Virus record (IMG/VR): IMGVR_UViG_3300022685_000009
Span: 1 to 55,720 of that record
DNA: 55,720 bases
Source of the DNA: a virus
Taxonomy: Duplodnaviria > Caudoviricetes
Strand: one strand, 5' to 3'
Shown here: in pieces, positions 19,401 to 28,544 of the stretch
Numbering within the stretch: position 1 is the stretch's first letter
How the letters are laid out: each line of letters begins with the position of its first letter
Notes under the pieces: model-generated
Told to the model about the DNA's origin: nothing
Database searches by the model: none
Seen by the model: the letters and a program-made list of their open reading frames with translations, nothing else
Program-made: the position numbers and the translations under genes

Positions 19401-22400
19401 CAGCGACAGGGAGAGCTACCGGTCACTCGCTGGCAACCTGTCCGCAACGACTTCGAAAGCCGTCTGCGGAAAGCGTGGCGCAAGTTGGTTGGCAAGAAGG
19501 CTACCCCGACGACCATGCCCGAGTACGAGCAGCGCATGGAGGCCGCTGGTGACCTAAAGGTCAAGCCCGGTGACGTGCTCGACATGTCGCACGGGACCAG
19601 CCGGGAGTTTGACCTGCACCAGCGGGCGGTCGCGGACGAGTCGCGCGGCATCATGTTCTTCACCAACGCCGATGCGGTGGCTTCGAAGTACAGTAACTGG
19701 CAGGGAGGCCGCAAACCACGTCGGTTCACGGCCCGCGCTATCCCGCGCAAGCCCAAGACGCTGCGCTGGGGCACGGAAGACGGCATCCAGAGCATCGAGG
19801 ATGTGCACGTGGCGGCGCTGGAGGCGCAGGCTAGCAAGCACGACATGCTCGTGATTGTTGGTGTGCCCAGCAACGTGGACAGCGTGGCTCCCGACACGGC
19901 GCAGGCGGGCCGAGAAACGGCGGAGTCCGTCGAGCCGGGCGTCCCCGGCCTGACCAACTTTTATGTGACGCTCGACCCGAACGTCGTTACCCACCGACCG
20001 GGAGCGGACACGCTCAATGGCGAGGTGGTGGGAGAGAGCGTACCGCTGGATCAGGACTTTCGAGACGAGAAAGGCGAGACCACGTCGCCGGTTCAGGAAG
20101 AAATGTTTGGTCCGAAGGGCGGGGTAAGGAGGCTGGCTCGCCAAGGGCCGGGTCGCGCGGTTCGTCGAGCTGCCCCGGCCACAGCCACAGCCACCGCGCC
20201 GGAGCCTGAAGCCGCTGACCCTGATGTAAAAGAGATCAAGCTGACCCGGCGTCAGCGAGACTTTCTTGATAAGAACCTGCCCGAGGAAGTGGTTGATCAA
20301 CTCATGCCCCTGCCCGCTGGCAAAAAGAAACGGCCCATGAAGCTGTTCCTCAACGAGGAGCAAGCTGCCGAAGTTCTCGCTCTCGTCAACCGTGAACTGG
20401 GGCCGGGTAAGGGGCGGGACGAGAAGCTCGTTAAGATGGGCGACAACCTGCGCAAGAACATCAACAAACAGTTTAAGCCTGACGAAACGGTGGCCGGAGA
20501 CGTGGTGGATGTTACCGCGCAGTACGCCGAGGCCACGGGCGCCGAGGTGGTGACGGAGGCCGAGAAGGAGGCTGAAGACGCCGAACCCAAGAGCGAGTAC
20601 CTGTACTTCCCCAAGAAGCGGCTCAAGAAGCTGGCCCGCGAGGCGCTCAAGGGCGACAAGAAAGCCCAAGCGTACTTCCGCAAGATGACCGACGACGAGC
20701 TACGCGCTCTGCACCGAGGCATCGCCGAAGAACTCATGGCCGCCAACCCCGGCCAGACCCAGCGTGCGCTCGACACTGCCATGGTCGAGGCTACGGTGGC
20801 GAAGATTCAGGAACTGTCCGGTTACTCTGCACCGGCGCCGGAGACGGAGGCCACTAGTGAACCTGACCCCGACCTTGCCAACGAGGAGGCAGCGGAGGCC
20901 GTCGCTGACAACGCGGCGGCAGCGACGATTACCGCTGCGCGTATGGCGCCGGACATGCAGACCCCGGCGCAGGCCGCCACTGCCCCGGCGGCGCAGCCGA
21001 GGGTGGTTGAAACCACCTACGAAACTCCGACCAGCCCCGAGCAGATTCCAGAGGAGGATCAGTCTGCGGCCAAGGGCAGCGATGCCACGCACAAGGGGGT
21101 GGACCCGAACACAGACAAGACCCAGACGACCCCAACGTCGGATCAGGTAGACGCCGGCTCTGCTTCCAAAATTGAAGCCGCCCAGACTGCCGACGGCGGC
21201 ATGGGTGGGCGGGGCGGCGATGCCGCAACCGAGCCGGGCGACATGCCCGGCGACCGGGGCGCTTCTGAGCAGGCCACCTACGACGAACTTCAGGAGGTTA
21301 TCGAAGCGCACTCTGGCCGGTGGGCTGACGTGTGGTACTACCTGTTCGCAGACACCGCAAAAGGCCGTCGGTACCACAAGCCACAGGCACCGGGTGAGTC
21401 CACGGCCCGAGGCGATGTCTTTGCCATGCAGAGGTACCGGCGCCGCCTGAAGCAGTGGAAGGCAGAGAAAGCTCAGGCCATCAAAGATGCCAAGGCCCGA
21501 GGCGATCAGGATTACGTTTTTCCTGATGACCCTCCCCTGCCGCCGTCCAAGCGGCGGGCGCGAGCCGACACGCGAGTGGATAAGTTCGACTGGGCCGAAT
21601 TCAGAGAGCTGGTGAAGCGGGCCATGGGTCGGTCGCGGGTGTACTGGATGGAGCGCATGGTGGATCAGCACTATGCGGTCAAGCTGATTCAGGACGTGGG
21701 CCGTATCACCGACGAGAACGGCTACATCCAAGACCCGTTTCAGCTCTATGAAGCCCTCACCCGTGTGGGTTCGAAGGTCGACGTGCGCATCAAAAAGTTC
21801 GCTGGCAACCAGAAGAAAGCGATCGAGGACGCTGCCAACGAGGCGGGAATGTCGTTCGACGAGGCCAACGAGTTTGCCGCCGTGTTGCACTCTCTCCAGC
21901 GGAACGAGTACATCTACAACCGCAACCTCAACAAGGAAGGCGTGGTGCCGCAGCGAATCCCCGACAATCAGGTGGGTTACAGCGGTTATTCCAACGAGCA
22001 GGCGCGGTTGGTTCTCGCCGAGTACGAGTCCCGGTTCGACCGTCAGGCGCTGGCCAAGCTGGAGGATGCCATCTTCGAGACGGCCCAGTTCCTGCGCACG
22101 GAGATGGACAACGGCAAGCTCATCGGCGACACCCAGAAGGATCAGTGGACAACCACGCCGGAGGGCAGCAGCTACATCCTCGACCGCTACCGGCAGCTTC
22201 GCAACTCGCAGGGCTACGCGGCGGCGCTTGACCCGGCGAACTACGATCTCAACCAGATTCCCGATAAAGAGTACGAGGGGCTGGACTACTCGCCCGATGA
22301 GGCCAAATTCCGACTGCTCAACGACACGCTGCACAACATCACATACGTGCCTCTGTCCGACATCCGCCCGGTGACCGTGGCCGAGGTCATCACTCAGCAG

Positions 22401-24608
22401 TTGAAGGTGAAGGCGGGCCGAAACTTCTACTCCGAGTACGACATCTGGGGCCAAGACATCGGCACGGCGTATGGCCGACAGGTGGAAGGCCCGGCCACGG
22501 CGCCGCTGACCCACCTCATCAGCCATGCCCAGCAAGCCATCATTCGCGGCGAGCACAACGTGGAACAGGCATCGCGCTTGCAGAACCTCGTCAAGAAGAT
22601 GGACGACCCTTACTTTGGCGTCGTGCTGCCGGAGATGGAGGAGGGACACTACAACGTGCCCGGCAACATCGAGAACGCGATCAACAATCACTACGCGAAG
22701 CTGGGGCTGGAGCCGCCGAAAATGCCGGTGAACGACATCGAGATGATCACATTCCGCAAGAAGAACGGCGACAAGTCCACGCCGACGGTGATCTTCGACA
22801 TGGCCACGGCCAACGCCCTGACCAACAGCTACAACGAGACGAACACGAAGCGGGTGTTCAACGCTATTGGCAACTCGTCCTCGTGGGTGCGGAAGTCCAT
22901 GACTGCGTGGTCGCCCCCGTTCCACGCCACCAACTATGTGCGCGAAGTGTTCAACGCCAAGATTCAGTCGCGCGGGATCAAGGGTCTGACCGAGGAGCAA
23001 CGGGCAGCGGTGTCTGCCAAGGCCGGGTTCGGCGAGTCGATGAAGTGGTTCAAGCCCATCTTCCAGCAGATGCGCGATCCGAACTTCGACGTGAACTCCA
23101 TCACTGATCCGGTGGAGAAACGTCGGGCGGAGACGTTCAAGGAGCTGCACGAGGCCGGGCTGGTCAGCGAGTTCTTCCACATCAAAGACCCGATCCAGTT
23201 GGAGCGGGAGCTAAGGGAGGCTGAGCGCGTCCTGAACAACCCCGGTCGCAGCTCCATGAAGAAGGTCAAGGGCGTGTTCAAGTCACTGGCCCAGAACCTT
23301 GAACTGATGGCTGCGGTGTCAGAGAACGCCGTGCGTATGTCCGTCGCTGCCGAGGTGTTGGCACAGACCGGCGACGTTAACTTCGCGGCGTCAGTGGGCA
23401 AGGACTTGTCGGTGAACTTCCAGCGGTACGGAACGTGGGGGTCTGCCATCAACAGCCTGTTTTTCTTCTACAACCCGACGGTGCAAGGGCTGTACCGGGC
23501 GAAGCGGGCGCTGCACCACAAGGACGTGCAGAAGGTAGTTGCCGGCATCGTCACTTCCAGCGCCATGCTGGCCGTGCTTAACCGGGCGCTGGCAGGAGAA
23601 GACGAGGAAGGGCGGAACTACTACGAGTCAGTGCCGGAATGGAAGCGGAAGACGAACATGGTCATCATGATCCCCGGCGGCGAGGGGCGCCATATCACCG
23701 TCCCCCTGCCGTACGTGTGGAACCTGCCGTATCTGGCGACGGAGAAGATTGCCAACACGATCATGTCCGACAGCGACCCCCGGCCCGCCGGGCAGCAAGC
23801 TACATCTCTCGCTGGCGACCTGCTGGGAGCGACGATGGAAGCGGTCAGCCCGGTCTCCTACTCGTCAGGGAACCCAACCCGCTCAATTATCCCGACCATG
23901 CTCCAGCCGGGGTACGACGTGCTGACCAACCAGACATGGTTTGGGGGTTATATCAACCCGCGCGTCACGGACTTCTCTGGTGCGCCGGTGACGGACGCCT
24001 ACAATATCCGCGATCCCGACCAGAAGAAGGTCTGGCAGAACATCGCCAAGACCGTTGCTATCGGGGGCAGTGAGTTTGAGAAGGGGCTGGTTGACGTGTC
24101 GCCGGGTACGCTGGAGTACCTGTTCAAGTACTACACCGGTGGCGCCGGGACGTTCCTCACCCGCACGATGGACACGACGGCTGCCGTCTTCGCCGGTGGC
24201 ACCGGGGAGACAGCGGAGGAAATCCTTACCAACGCGCCGATACTGAGGCGGGTGTACGGGCTGGGTGAGTTCGAACAGGCTGATGCCGACCGGTACTACC
24301 AGTTGCGGGGCGACCTCGCGGCGGTCAAGAACACGGAGAAGTCGCTGAAGGAGAGCCGAGACCGGGAAGGCTGGCAGCTCTTTAAGAACACGGAGGGTGA
24401 CCTGTACCGCGCCGGGGTCATGCGCGAGTTCGAACGTACCGAGAAGCGACTGCGCAAGCTCCGGCGACTGCGCAACGAGATCGTGAAAAAGGCGAACAAG
24501 ACCGAGGCGCAGCAGCGCCGGATTGACAGCTTGAACCAGCTCATCAGCAAAGAGATGGTGCGGTTCAACACCTACTACTTTGACCGGATTACCAAGGAGG
24601 CACTCTGA
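16455..24608 (+). CDS. Giant (2717 aa) ejection/polyvalent protein: N-terminal lytic transglycosylase, central ART-like domain, C-terminal LPD38-like domain
   Basis: SLT motifs QESS, GAQGLMQVMP, AYNMGPG; HGT...G.FFT...A.KY; YYESVPEWKRKTN...VPLPY. Confidence 0.8.
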   Translation: MNTIDINSLLSSAADRTGLPPDLLEQIVFQESSNDPNAVSLKGAQGLMQVMPGTAQQPGFGVPEFDRQRPLNDPEENVRFGADYINAMKKRYGGNIEHALLAYNMGPGNTDEWVQKGEDATRLDDEPLFYVANITKRVADQRGVQIDSPYIREARRRLEERGEDPSFFDLPEPERQQTASRQPPPANRRLTLAEEDDAPEGALQWVADHAEMVGKGLYTSFIDLASLVADASDLGQGPDNGITDRIANKLENHASRVRNSLPEYIRRDLAKEIVTRDEDGELEFHMPNLRQVANLVLQSAAPSGAIVLGGKALVKGASAVKKLKGFVEKSPKLANAAGLGTANSAYNSVSVYTDTYDQALEDALRDGLPRDEAEEEAAKAATLAAGITAPLSLTTGALGEGLSATGSNVTSRLLKGVLYGGVTEAPEEAGQYAAGQIGRGEDVESAALLNAGLMGALGAGPTEGVMAAAFGNTGESQSPRPVPPGDPDPSLVDEPAPLPNDVPRGTIGDPDQLNLFPDIPTGELPLMPEQGTLSLDGGRAADPNQLRLDLPLPADAAVAEDTLEPLPEQLNLFPDIPTEELPLLDNGRGTLELSDSRFDADLNQLELDLPFPNAAVAAGVADTEAAVDASPVLPNAQDALDAPAEEDLAEVEEIIEESATMASQITPEDGEMNIRNINALRPERVPENESAEDELARLIAEQQSQMEGSGLEASETAQRAAEVNAEQRRRRAAKEAEAEATETTTPPTTPPTTPPTTPPTTPAAEEPTTPAAEGEPIYEFNGATFRQDDVDLAKSDPDAFIERLRENGFDDYEINSALDHFGEEKTEVKPTLTLPNKTEVEAQVEAKEVQDAAKTKVEEQETPTEPDGEYEFEGETYTNADVLEARADPQAYFDRLTQEYGYNYDEAERAIEYLEAKAMASAGPTKQELELAELARENPQAAFEQVLRLGRTPEEADAVMARLALINSTKPLPAESATPETAQRQGELPVTRWQPVRNDFESRLRKAWRKLVGKKATPTTMPEYEQRMEAAGDLKVKPGDVLDMSHGTSREFDLHQRAVADESRGIMFFTNADAVASKYSNWQGGRKPRRFTARAIPRKPKTLRWGTEDGIQSIEDVHVAALEAQASKHDMLVIVGVPSNVDSVAPDTAQAGRETAESVEPGVPGLTNFYVTLDPNVVTHRPGADTLNGEVVGESVPLDQDFRDEKGETTSPVQEEMFGPKGGVRRLARQGPGRAVRRAAPATATATAPEPEAADPDVKEIKLTRRQRDFLDKNLPEEVVDQLMPLPAGKKKRPMKLFLNEEQAAEVLALVNRELGPGKGRDEKLVKMGDNLRKNINKQFKPDETVAGDVVDVTAQYAEATGAEVVTEAEKEAEDAEPKSEYLYFPKKRLKKLAREALKGDKKAQAYFRKMTDDELRALHRGIAEELMAANPGQTQRALDTAMVEATVAKIQELSGYSAPAPETEATSEPDPDLANEEAAEAVADNAAAATITAARMAPDMQTPAQAATAPAAQPRVVETTYETPTSPEQIPEEDQSAAKGSDATHKGVDPNTDKTQTTPTSDQVDAGSASKIEAAQTADGGMGGRGGDAATEPGDMPGDRGASEQATYDELQEVIEAHSGRWADVWYYLFADTAKGRRYHKPQAPGESTARGDVFAMQRYRRRLKQWKAEKAQAIKDAKARGDQDYVFPDDPPLPPSKRRARADTRVDKFDWAEFRELVKRAMGRSRVYWMERMVDQHYAVKLIQDVGRITDENGYIQDPFQLYEALTRVGSKVDVRIKKFAGNQKKAIEDAANEAGMSFDEANEFAAVLHSLQRNEYIYNRNLNKEGVVPQRIPDNQVGYSGYSNEQARLVLAEYESRFDRQALAKLEDAIFETAQFLRTEMDNGKLIGDTQKDQWTTTPEGSSYILDRYRQLRNSQGYAAALDPANYDLNQIPDKEYEGLDYSPDEAKFRLLNDTLHNITYVPLSDIRPVTVAEVITQQLKVKAGRNFYSEYDIWGQDIGTAYGRQVEGPATAPLTHLISHAQQAIIRGEHNVEQASRLQNLVKKMDDPYFGVVLPEMEEGHYNVPGNIENAINNHYAKLGLEPPKMPVNDIEMITFRKKNGDKSTPTVIFDMATANALTNSYNETNTKRVFNAIGNSSSWVRKSMTAWSPPFHATNYVREVFNAKIQSRGIKGLTEEQRAAVSAKAGFGESMKWFKPIFQQMRDPNFDVNSITDPVEKRRAETFKELHEAGLVSEFFHIKDPIQLERELREAERVLNNPGRSSMKKVKGVFKSLAQNLELMAAVSENAVRMSVAAEVLAQTGDVNFAASVGKDLSVNFQRYGTWGSAINSLFFFYNPTVQGLYRAKRALHHKDVQKVVAGIVTSSAMLAVLNRALAGEDEEGRNYYESVPEWKRKTNMVIMIPGGEGRHITVPLPYVWNLPYLATEKIANTIMSDSDPRPAGQQATSLAGDLLGATMEAVSPVSYSSGNPTRSIIPTMLQPGYDVLTNQTWFGGYINPRVTDFSGAPVTDAYNIRDPDQKKVWQNIAKTVAIGGSEFEKGLVDVSPGTLEYLFKYYTGGAGTFLTRTMDTTAAVFAGGTGETAEEILTNAPILRRVYGLGEFEQADADRYYQLRGDLAAVKNTEKSLKESRDREGWQLFKNTEGDLYRAGVMREFERTEKRLRKLRRLRNEIVKKANKTEAQQRRIDSLNQLISKEMVRFNTYYFDRITKEAL
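17957..17972. promoter_or_regulatory. parS: Perfect chromosomal parS-type palindrome
   Basis: TGTTCCACGTGGAACA matches the bacterial ParB-binding consensus. Confidence 0.75.
18684..18740 (+). repeat. 12-bp tandem repeat ACGACGCCGCCA x4+ (TTPP)
   Basis: Directly visible. Confidence 0.9.
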
Positions 24609-25288
24609 TGTCGTGGATGAGCAGGATGTACGGCAATGCCAAGCCGAAGAAAACCCAGACGAACACCGCCCAGATGGGCACCGGGCCGCAGATGAGGCAG
24701 GACACGCCTCGTTACGCAACGCCGGTGGCTCCGCCCAGCCGGGCGGTGACCCCGCCCCCGACCATGCGTGACATGGAGTATCGGGGTGGCGGCAACCCGG
24801 CGGCGTCGGAGCGGATAACACGGTCGACCCCCGGCTGGGCGAACCCCGGCTACGGTGGCGGGCTTGGGCCGGTGACCGGCGACTCGCGGCAGCCGGCGCG
24901 GGCGAACCGCTGGATGGACATGCAGCGGCAGATGATGCTCCGTCAGAAGATGGCCGGGCCGACCCAGCCGGTGATGCGGCCTGCTGTCCAGCCGGGTTTC
25001 CAGTCGCTAAGTCAGGAGGGTTATCAGACTCAGCCCCAGCAGCGGATGCTGGCTCAGCAGCGGATGCTGGCTCAGCAGCAGATGCGGCCTCAGCAGCCGG
25101 GCACCCAGCAGCAGATGCGGCCACCGTCGCCCCAGCAGTTTAACCAGCGCGGCATGCCCGCGCCCAGTCGCGCCAACCTGATCCCCCAACAGCAAGCCAG
25201 CAACATCATGCAGCGCCTGTACGGCGGGCAACGAGGGGCACCGGGCAGCCTGCCGATGCCCTCGATGAACCGCAATCGGGGCTACTAG
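24608..25288 (+). CDS. Low-complexity Q/P/M/R/G-rich protein
   Basis: AAGGAGG RBS; TGATG coupling to the giant gene; stop overlaps the convergent gene stop (CTAG). Confidence 0.7.
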   Translation: MSWMSRMYGNAKPKKTQTNTAQMGTGPQMRQDTPRYATPVAPPSRAVTPPPTMRDMEYRGGGNPAASERITRSTPGWANPGYGGGLGPVTGDSRQPARANRWMDMQRQMMLRQKMAGPTQPVMRPAVQPGFQSLSQEGYQTQPQQRMLAQQRMLAQQQMRPQQPGTQQQMRPPSPQQFNQRGMPAPSRANLIPQQQASNIMQRLYGGQRGAPGSLPMPSMNRNRGY

Positions 25289-28200
25289 TTCGCCGGTATC
25301 GGCGGGAACACGATGAGCACCCCCTTGTGGGGTGCTCCGTACTCAGCCTCCGACGCCTTCAGAAACACGTTCTTTGGTGGCTCGGACATGAAGCTTGGCC
25401 GGGCGTGGTTCACACCGTAGACCTTGGCTCCTGTCCGCAGCAGCGCCCGATACAGCTCCTCCCAATTTTCCGCTGCCAGCGCCGAATCTTTCTCGACCAG
25501 CGTCCGCAGGGTGCGGATCGGAATCTCCACGGCGCGTTCAATCTGCTTGAGCTTGCCCTTCTCTGACACCTCGGTGGCAAGGACGCGCCAGTTTGGCGAG
25601 TTGATGACAGGGTTGCTGATGTTAGCGAACATGCCGCTCTTCCCCTGCCCCCATTTCCTCTGCCGTGATCGCATCACGGCACGGGTCTCGTCCGCCCAGT
25701 GCGGCCACTTGCCGTCGTCGGTGCTGGCCGTGAACTCGGAGAGGTTGATGTTCACCTTGCCCATCTGGTCGTCGGTCAGCAAATCCCACAGCGCCTCCAT
25801 GTCGGAGTCCTGCGTCTGGTCTGTCATCGCATGCTGCTGGGTCGCCAGTGTGACCCCGGCCTGACCAATGTTCTGCGGGTTCCAGTCCACGAGGTTGAGC
25901 GCCCGGCAAATCTCGGCGGTGCTCATCACGGCTGCGAGGTAGCGCACCCAAAATCGGTACTGCCCTTTCGCTTGCTCACCCAGCTTCCCGGCCAGCCCTT
26001 GGCGGAATAGCTTCTGGTATTCGGTCAGTCGCCGCTTCACTGCCGCCCGGTTGGTAACCACGTACTGGGCGAACTGTTCCAGAGCGTGGCCGTTGTTCTC
26101 GATCAGCAGGTCAGCGGCGCGTTCCCACCGCTCCATGCTTACGCCTTCCACGATCGTGTACTCAGCGGGAATCTCAAGCTGCCGGGACTGGGCCGCCTCC
26201 AGTTGCAGACTGTCACCTTTCCCCTTGCCGCCGAAGGCAGCTGAAGTCGAGTAGTTCGATGTCAGCAGGAGGGACGAGTTCAGCGTCACGTTCTCTGACG
26301 GCGCCCAGCCTCCGTCAGCAGCTTGTTCCAGCCGGATGCGAGGCTTCCCTGACGTTACGGTGGTTAGGAGCGCGGAAACGGTCTCACGGCTCATGTTCAC
26401 CATGTCATCCACGGGTAGGAGAAAGACGCTGGACTGCTTAAGCATGTCCATCAGGGAGTTGATCGTGCTGTCACCCTGCACCACGCCCTCGTCGGGGTCG
26501 CCGACGAAACTGTTCATGGCCTTGATGAGCGTGGTCTTGCCCTTGCCCGCCTCACCGGTGAGCGCCAGCAGAATCCCGCCGCGCATGCTTGGCATCAGGG
26601 GGAACAGCATGTTGGCCAGCCCGCTCAGCAGGAGCAGGTGCGCGTACGGGTTATCGCCGTCGTACACGCTGATGGCTTGCTTCCACAGGCCCAGCTTGCC
26701 CTTGGGCCGACCGGCGCAGAACTTCTCAATCTGCTTCTGTTTCTGGCGCACGTGCTCGTGGTAGGTGTACCCCTTCACTGTCGATCCGTCGGGAAGGTAG
26801 CGTCTCGCTCCCAGCGTGAGGGCACCGAACGGAGTCCAGCCCTTGGTGTTGAAGTACGGTACCGGGCGGGTCGCGCACAGCCGGGCGATGCGTGACAGGT
26901 AGTTGCGGATGGCCGTGCTCTCTCGCGCCGTGTCGGCACGGAACGCCACGCCCACCTTGCGCAGCGGCTCGGTCGCCCGATCCAGTTGGTGCGAGGTCAG
27001 CCGGTCGAACGGCACGGCGATCTCGCAAGACTTGTTCCACGTCTCCACCTTCATGTGGATCATCACGTTGACCCGAACCTCGGTGCCGTCCTCGTACGTG
27101 TCGATCTGTTCAGAGGCGCCGATCAGGTGCAGGTGCCCGAAGATCAGACCCTCTTGTTGGTAGCCCTCTTCCCGGCCCTTGAACACGGGGATGGTGGTCA
27201 CCCGCTCCCTGCTTTCGTTGGTGTACCTGTGGTGGAAGTCAGGCGGGTGGGGCAGGAATCCTTTGTCATCCCGCTTACCCTTCAGCGCGTCCTGCACAAC
27301 GGCCCGTTCTCGCTTCTTGGTGACCTCAGCCTTCTTCTCTCGGGCCGGTATCTGGCTGGGTGTCCAGACCTTGTCACGCCACGGGCAGTGGAAGCAGTGC
27401 TTGGCGCCGCAGGTCTCGCGGAACTCGTCGCAGGACACGGTCGCCGCGTCGAAATTCTTGCGGATGTGGTTCATCTTGAACCGCACCTCGCTGGGTCGGT
27501 ACGACGGGTGACCGCTGCTGAACTTCTGCGCTGCCTTGTCGGCGTCCTTGCAGGTATTCAGCACCCTCAGCATCAGCATCCACTCAGGCTCGGGCACGTC
27601 GCCGAACTTGCTGGAGATGCGCCGCATCTGCCCGCACCCGCTGATGATGGGTCTTAGCGGCAAGTCTTTGAACTCGCTCTTCTTATCGAATCCCCCGGCC
27701 AGACTCTTGGCAGCGCCGGCAGCGTGAACCGGCGGCGCACTGCCGCTGATCAGGGGGCCGTCGAGGACGGCGTTGTCCTTTACCCACACGTTGCGAGTCT
27801 TGGCCTCCGCTGCCAACCCGGTGCGGAGGTCATCAAACGACACGGGTTTGCCGGCGCCCTTAACGGAGCAGTACTGTCGGCTCTCGTGCTTCGCGTTCCA
27901 TGTCTGAGGCAGCCGCATCACTCGTGCGGCGTCCTTCGTTGGTTTCGGGTCGGCAAGGAGCCGGGGGTCTACAGCCTCGGCCACCTTGGAAAACGTGTTT
28001 GCCACCGGCTGCCACTCGTTGACCGTGACGGGTCTGTCGAACACAAAGTAGGCATGGATGCCGTGGCCGGAGTCAATGATCCACGGTTTGGGTAGGCAGC
28101 GGACTTCCTTGTATAGCTTCAGGACGCCAAGCACGGCGTCCCTTTTGTTGGTGTAGTGAGGCCGGTCGCCCTTCAGGTCTACGTCGAGCAGCACGCACTG

Positions 28201-28458
28201 GATGCGGCTGACGTTCTTGCGCTCGCGTTTGCGGCTGGTGTACGACGCCACCCCCGTGTATACGTCCGTGTCCTTGTGCTTGTTTAGCTCGGCAAGGTGC
28301 TCGGCCAGTACGCCGTTCGCTGCCTGTTGGGGGGTAAAGAACTTCTGCGTCCACGGAGCTTTCACTCGGCCTTTGGCCGGAACGTTGCGAACGTGGGCTA
28401 TGCACAAAAGTTCATCGTCGGGTACAATCGCTTGCAGGAACTGAGCTACATCGCTCAT
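25285..28458 (-). CDS. Primase-helicase (AEP/RepB-like primase + Cys-rich linker + DUF927-like P-loop domain)
   Basis: LDVD, DSGHGIHAY, RVMRLP; C..F...C...C.HC; Walker A GEAGKGKTT; AAGGAG RBS. Confidence 0.8.
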   Translation of the reverse strand: MSDVAQFLQAIVPDDELLCIAHVRNVPAKGRVKAPWTQKFFTPQQAANGVLAEHLAELNKHKDTDVYTGVASYTSRKRERKNVSRIQCVLLDVDLKGDRPHYTNKRDAVLGVLKLYKEVRCLPKPWIIDSGHGIHAYFVFDRPVTVNEWQPVANTFSKVAEAVDPRLLADPKPTKDAARVMRLPQTWNAKHESRQYCSVKGAGKPVSFDDLRTGLAAEAKTRNVWVKDNAVLDGPLISGSAPPVHAAGAAKSLAGGFDKKSEFKDLPLRPIISGCGQMRRISSKFGDVPEPEWMLMLRVLNTCKDADKAAQKFSSGHPSYRPSEVRFKMNHIRKNFDAATVSCDEFRETCGAKHCFHCPWRDKVWTPSQIPAREKKAEVTKKRERAVVQDALKGKRDDKGFLPHPPDFHHRYTNESRERVTTIPVFKGREEGYQQEGLIFGHLHLIGASEQIDTYEDGTEVRVNVMIHMKVETWNKSCEIAVPFDRLTSHQLDRATEPLRKVGVAFRADTARESTAIRNYLSRIARLCATRPVPYFNTKGWTPFGALTLGARRYLPDGSTVKGYTYHEHVRQKQKQIEKFCAGRPKGKLGLWKQAISVYDGDNPYAHLLLLSGLANMLFPLMPSMRGGILLALTGEAGKGKTTLIKAMNSFVGDPDEGVVQGDSTINSLMDMLKQSSVFLLPVDDMVNMSRETVSALLTTVTSGKPRIRLEQAADGGWAPSENVTLNSSLLLTSNYSTSAAFGGKGKGDSLQLEAAQSRQLEIPAEYTIVEGVSMERWERAADLLIENNGHALEQFAQYVVTNRAAVKRRLTEYQKLFRQGLAGKLGEQAKGQYRFWVRYLAAVMSTAEICRALNLVDWNPQNIGQAGVTLATQQHAMTDQTQDSDMEALWDLLTDDQMGKVNINLSEFTASTDDGKWPHWADETRAVMRSRQRKWGQGKSGMFANISNPVINSPNWRVLATEVSEKGKLKQIERAVEIPIRTLRTLVEKDSALAAENWEELYRALLRTGAKVYGVNHARPSFMSEPPKNVFLKASEAEYGAPHKGVLIVFPPIPAN

Positions 28459-28501
28459 TTTCTCATGTCTCCTTCCTCTCCGGTTGGGCCATGTCTCGGA
28501 A

Positions 28502-28539
28502 GAACGGCGCCGCCTAGTCAGCGGCGCCGTTCGCTTTTT
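28502..28539. terminator. 12-bp stem hairpin, likely terminator
   Basis: GAACGGCGCCGC-ctagtca-GCGGCGCCGTTC, with a T tract on + and TTCTT on -. Confidence 0.6.
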
Positions 28540-28544
28540 ATGGC

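Noticed and set aside
20700-23180. Long antisense ORFs (also 5775-7004, 10678-11850, 23883-25124)
   Set aside because: Shadows of GC-biased sense genes; no RBS, implausible composition
16455-24608. N4-type virion RNA polymerase
   Set aside because: No RNAP motifs recognised; SLT, ART-like and LPD38-like features instead
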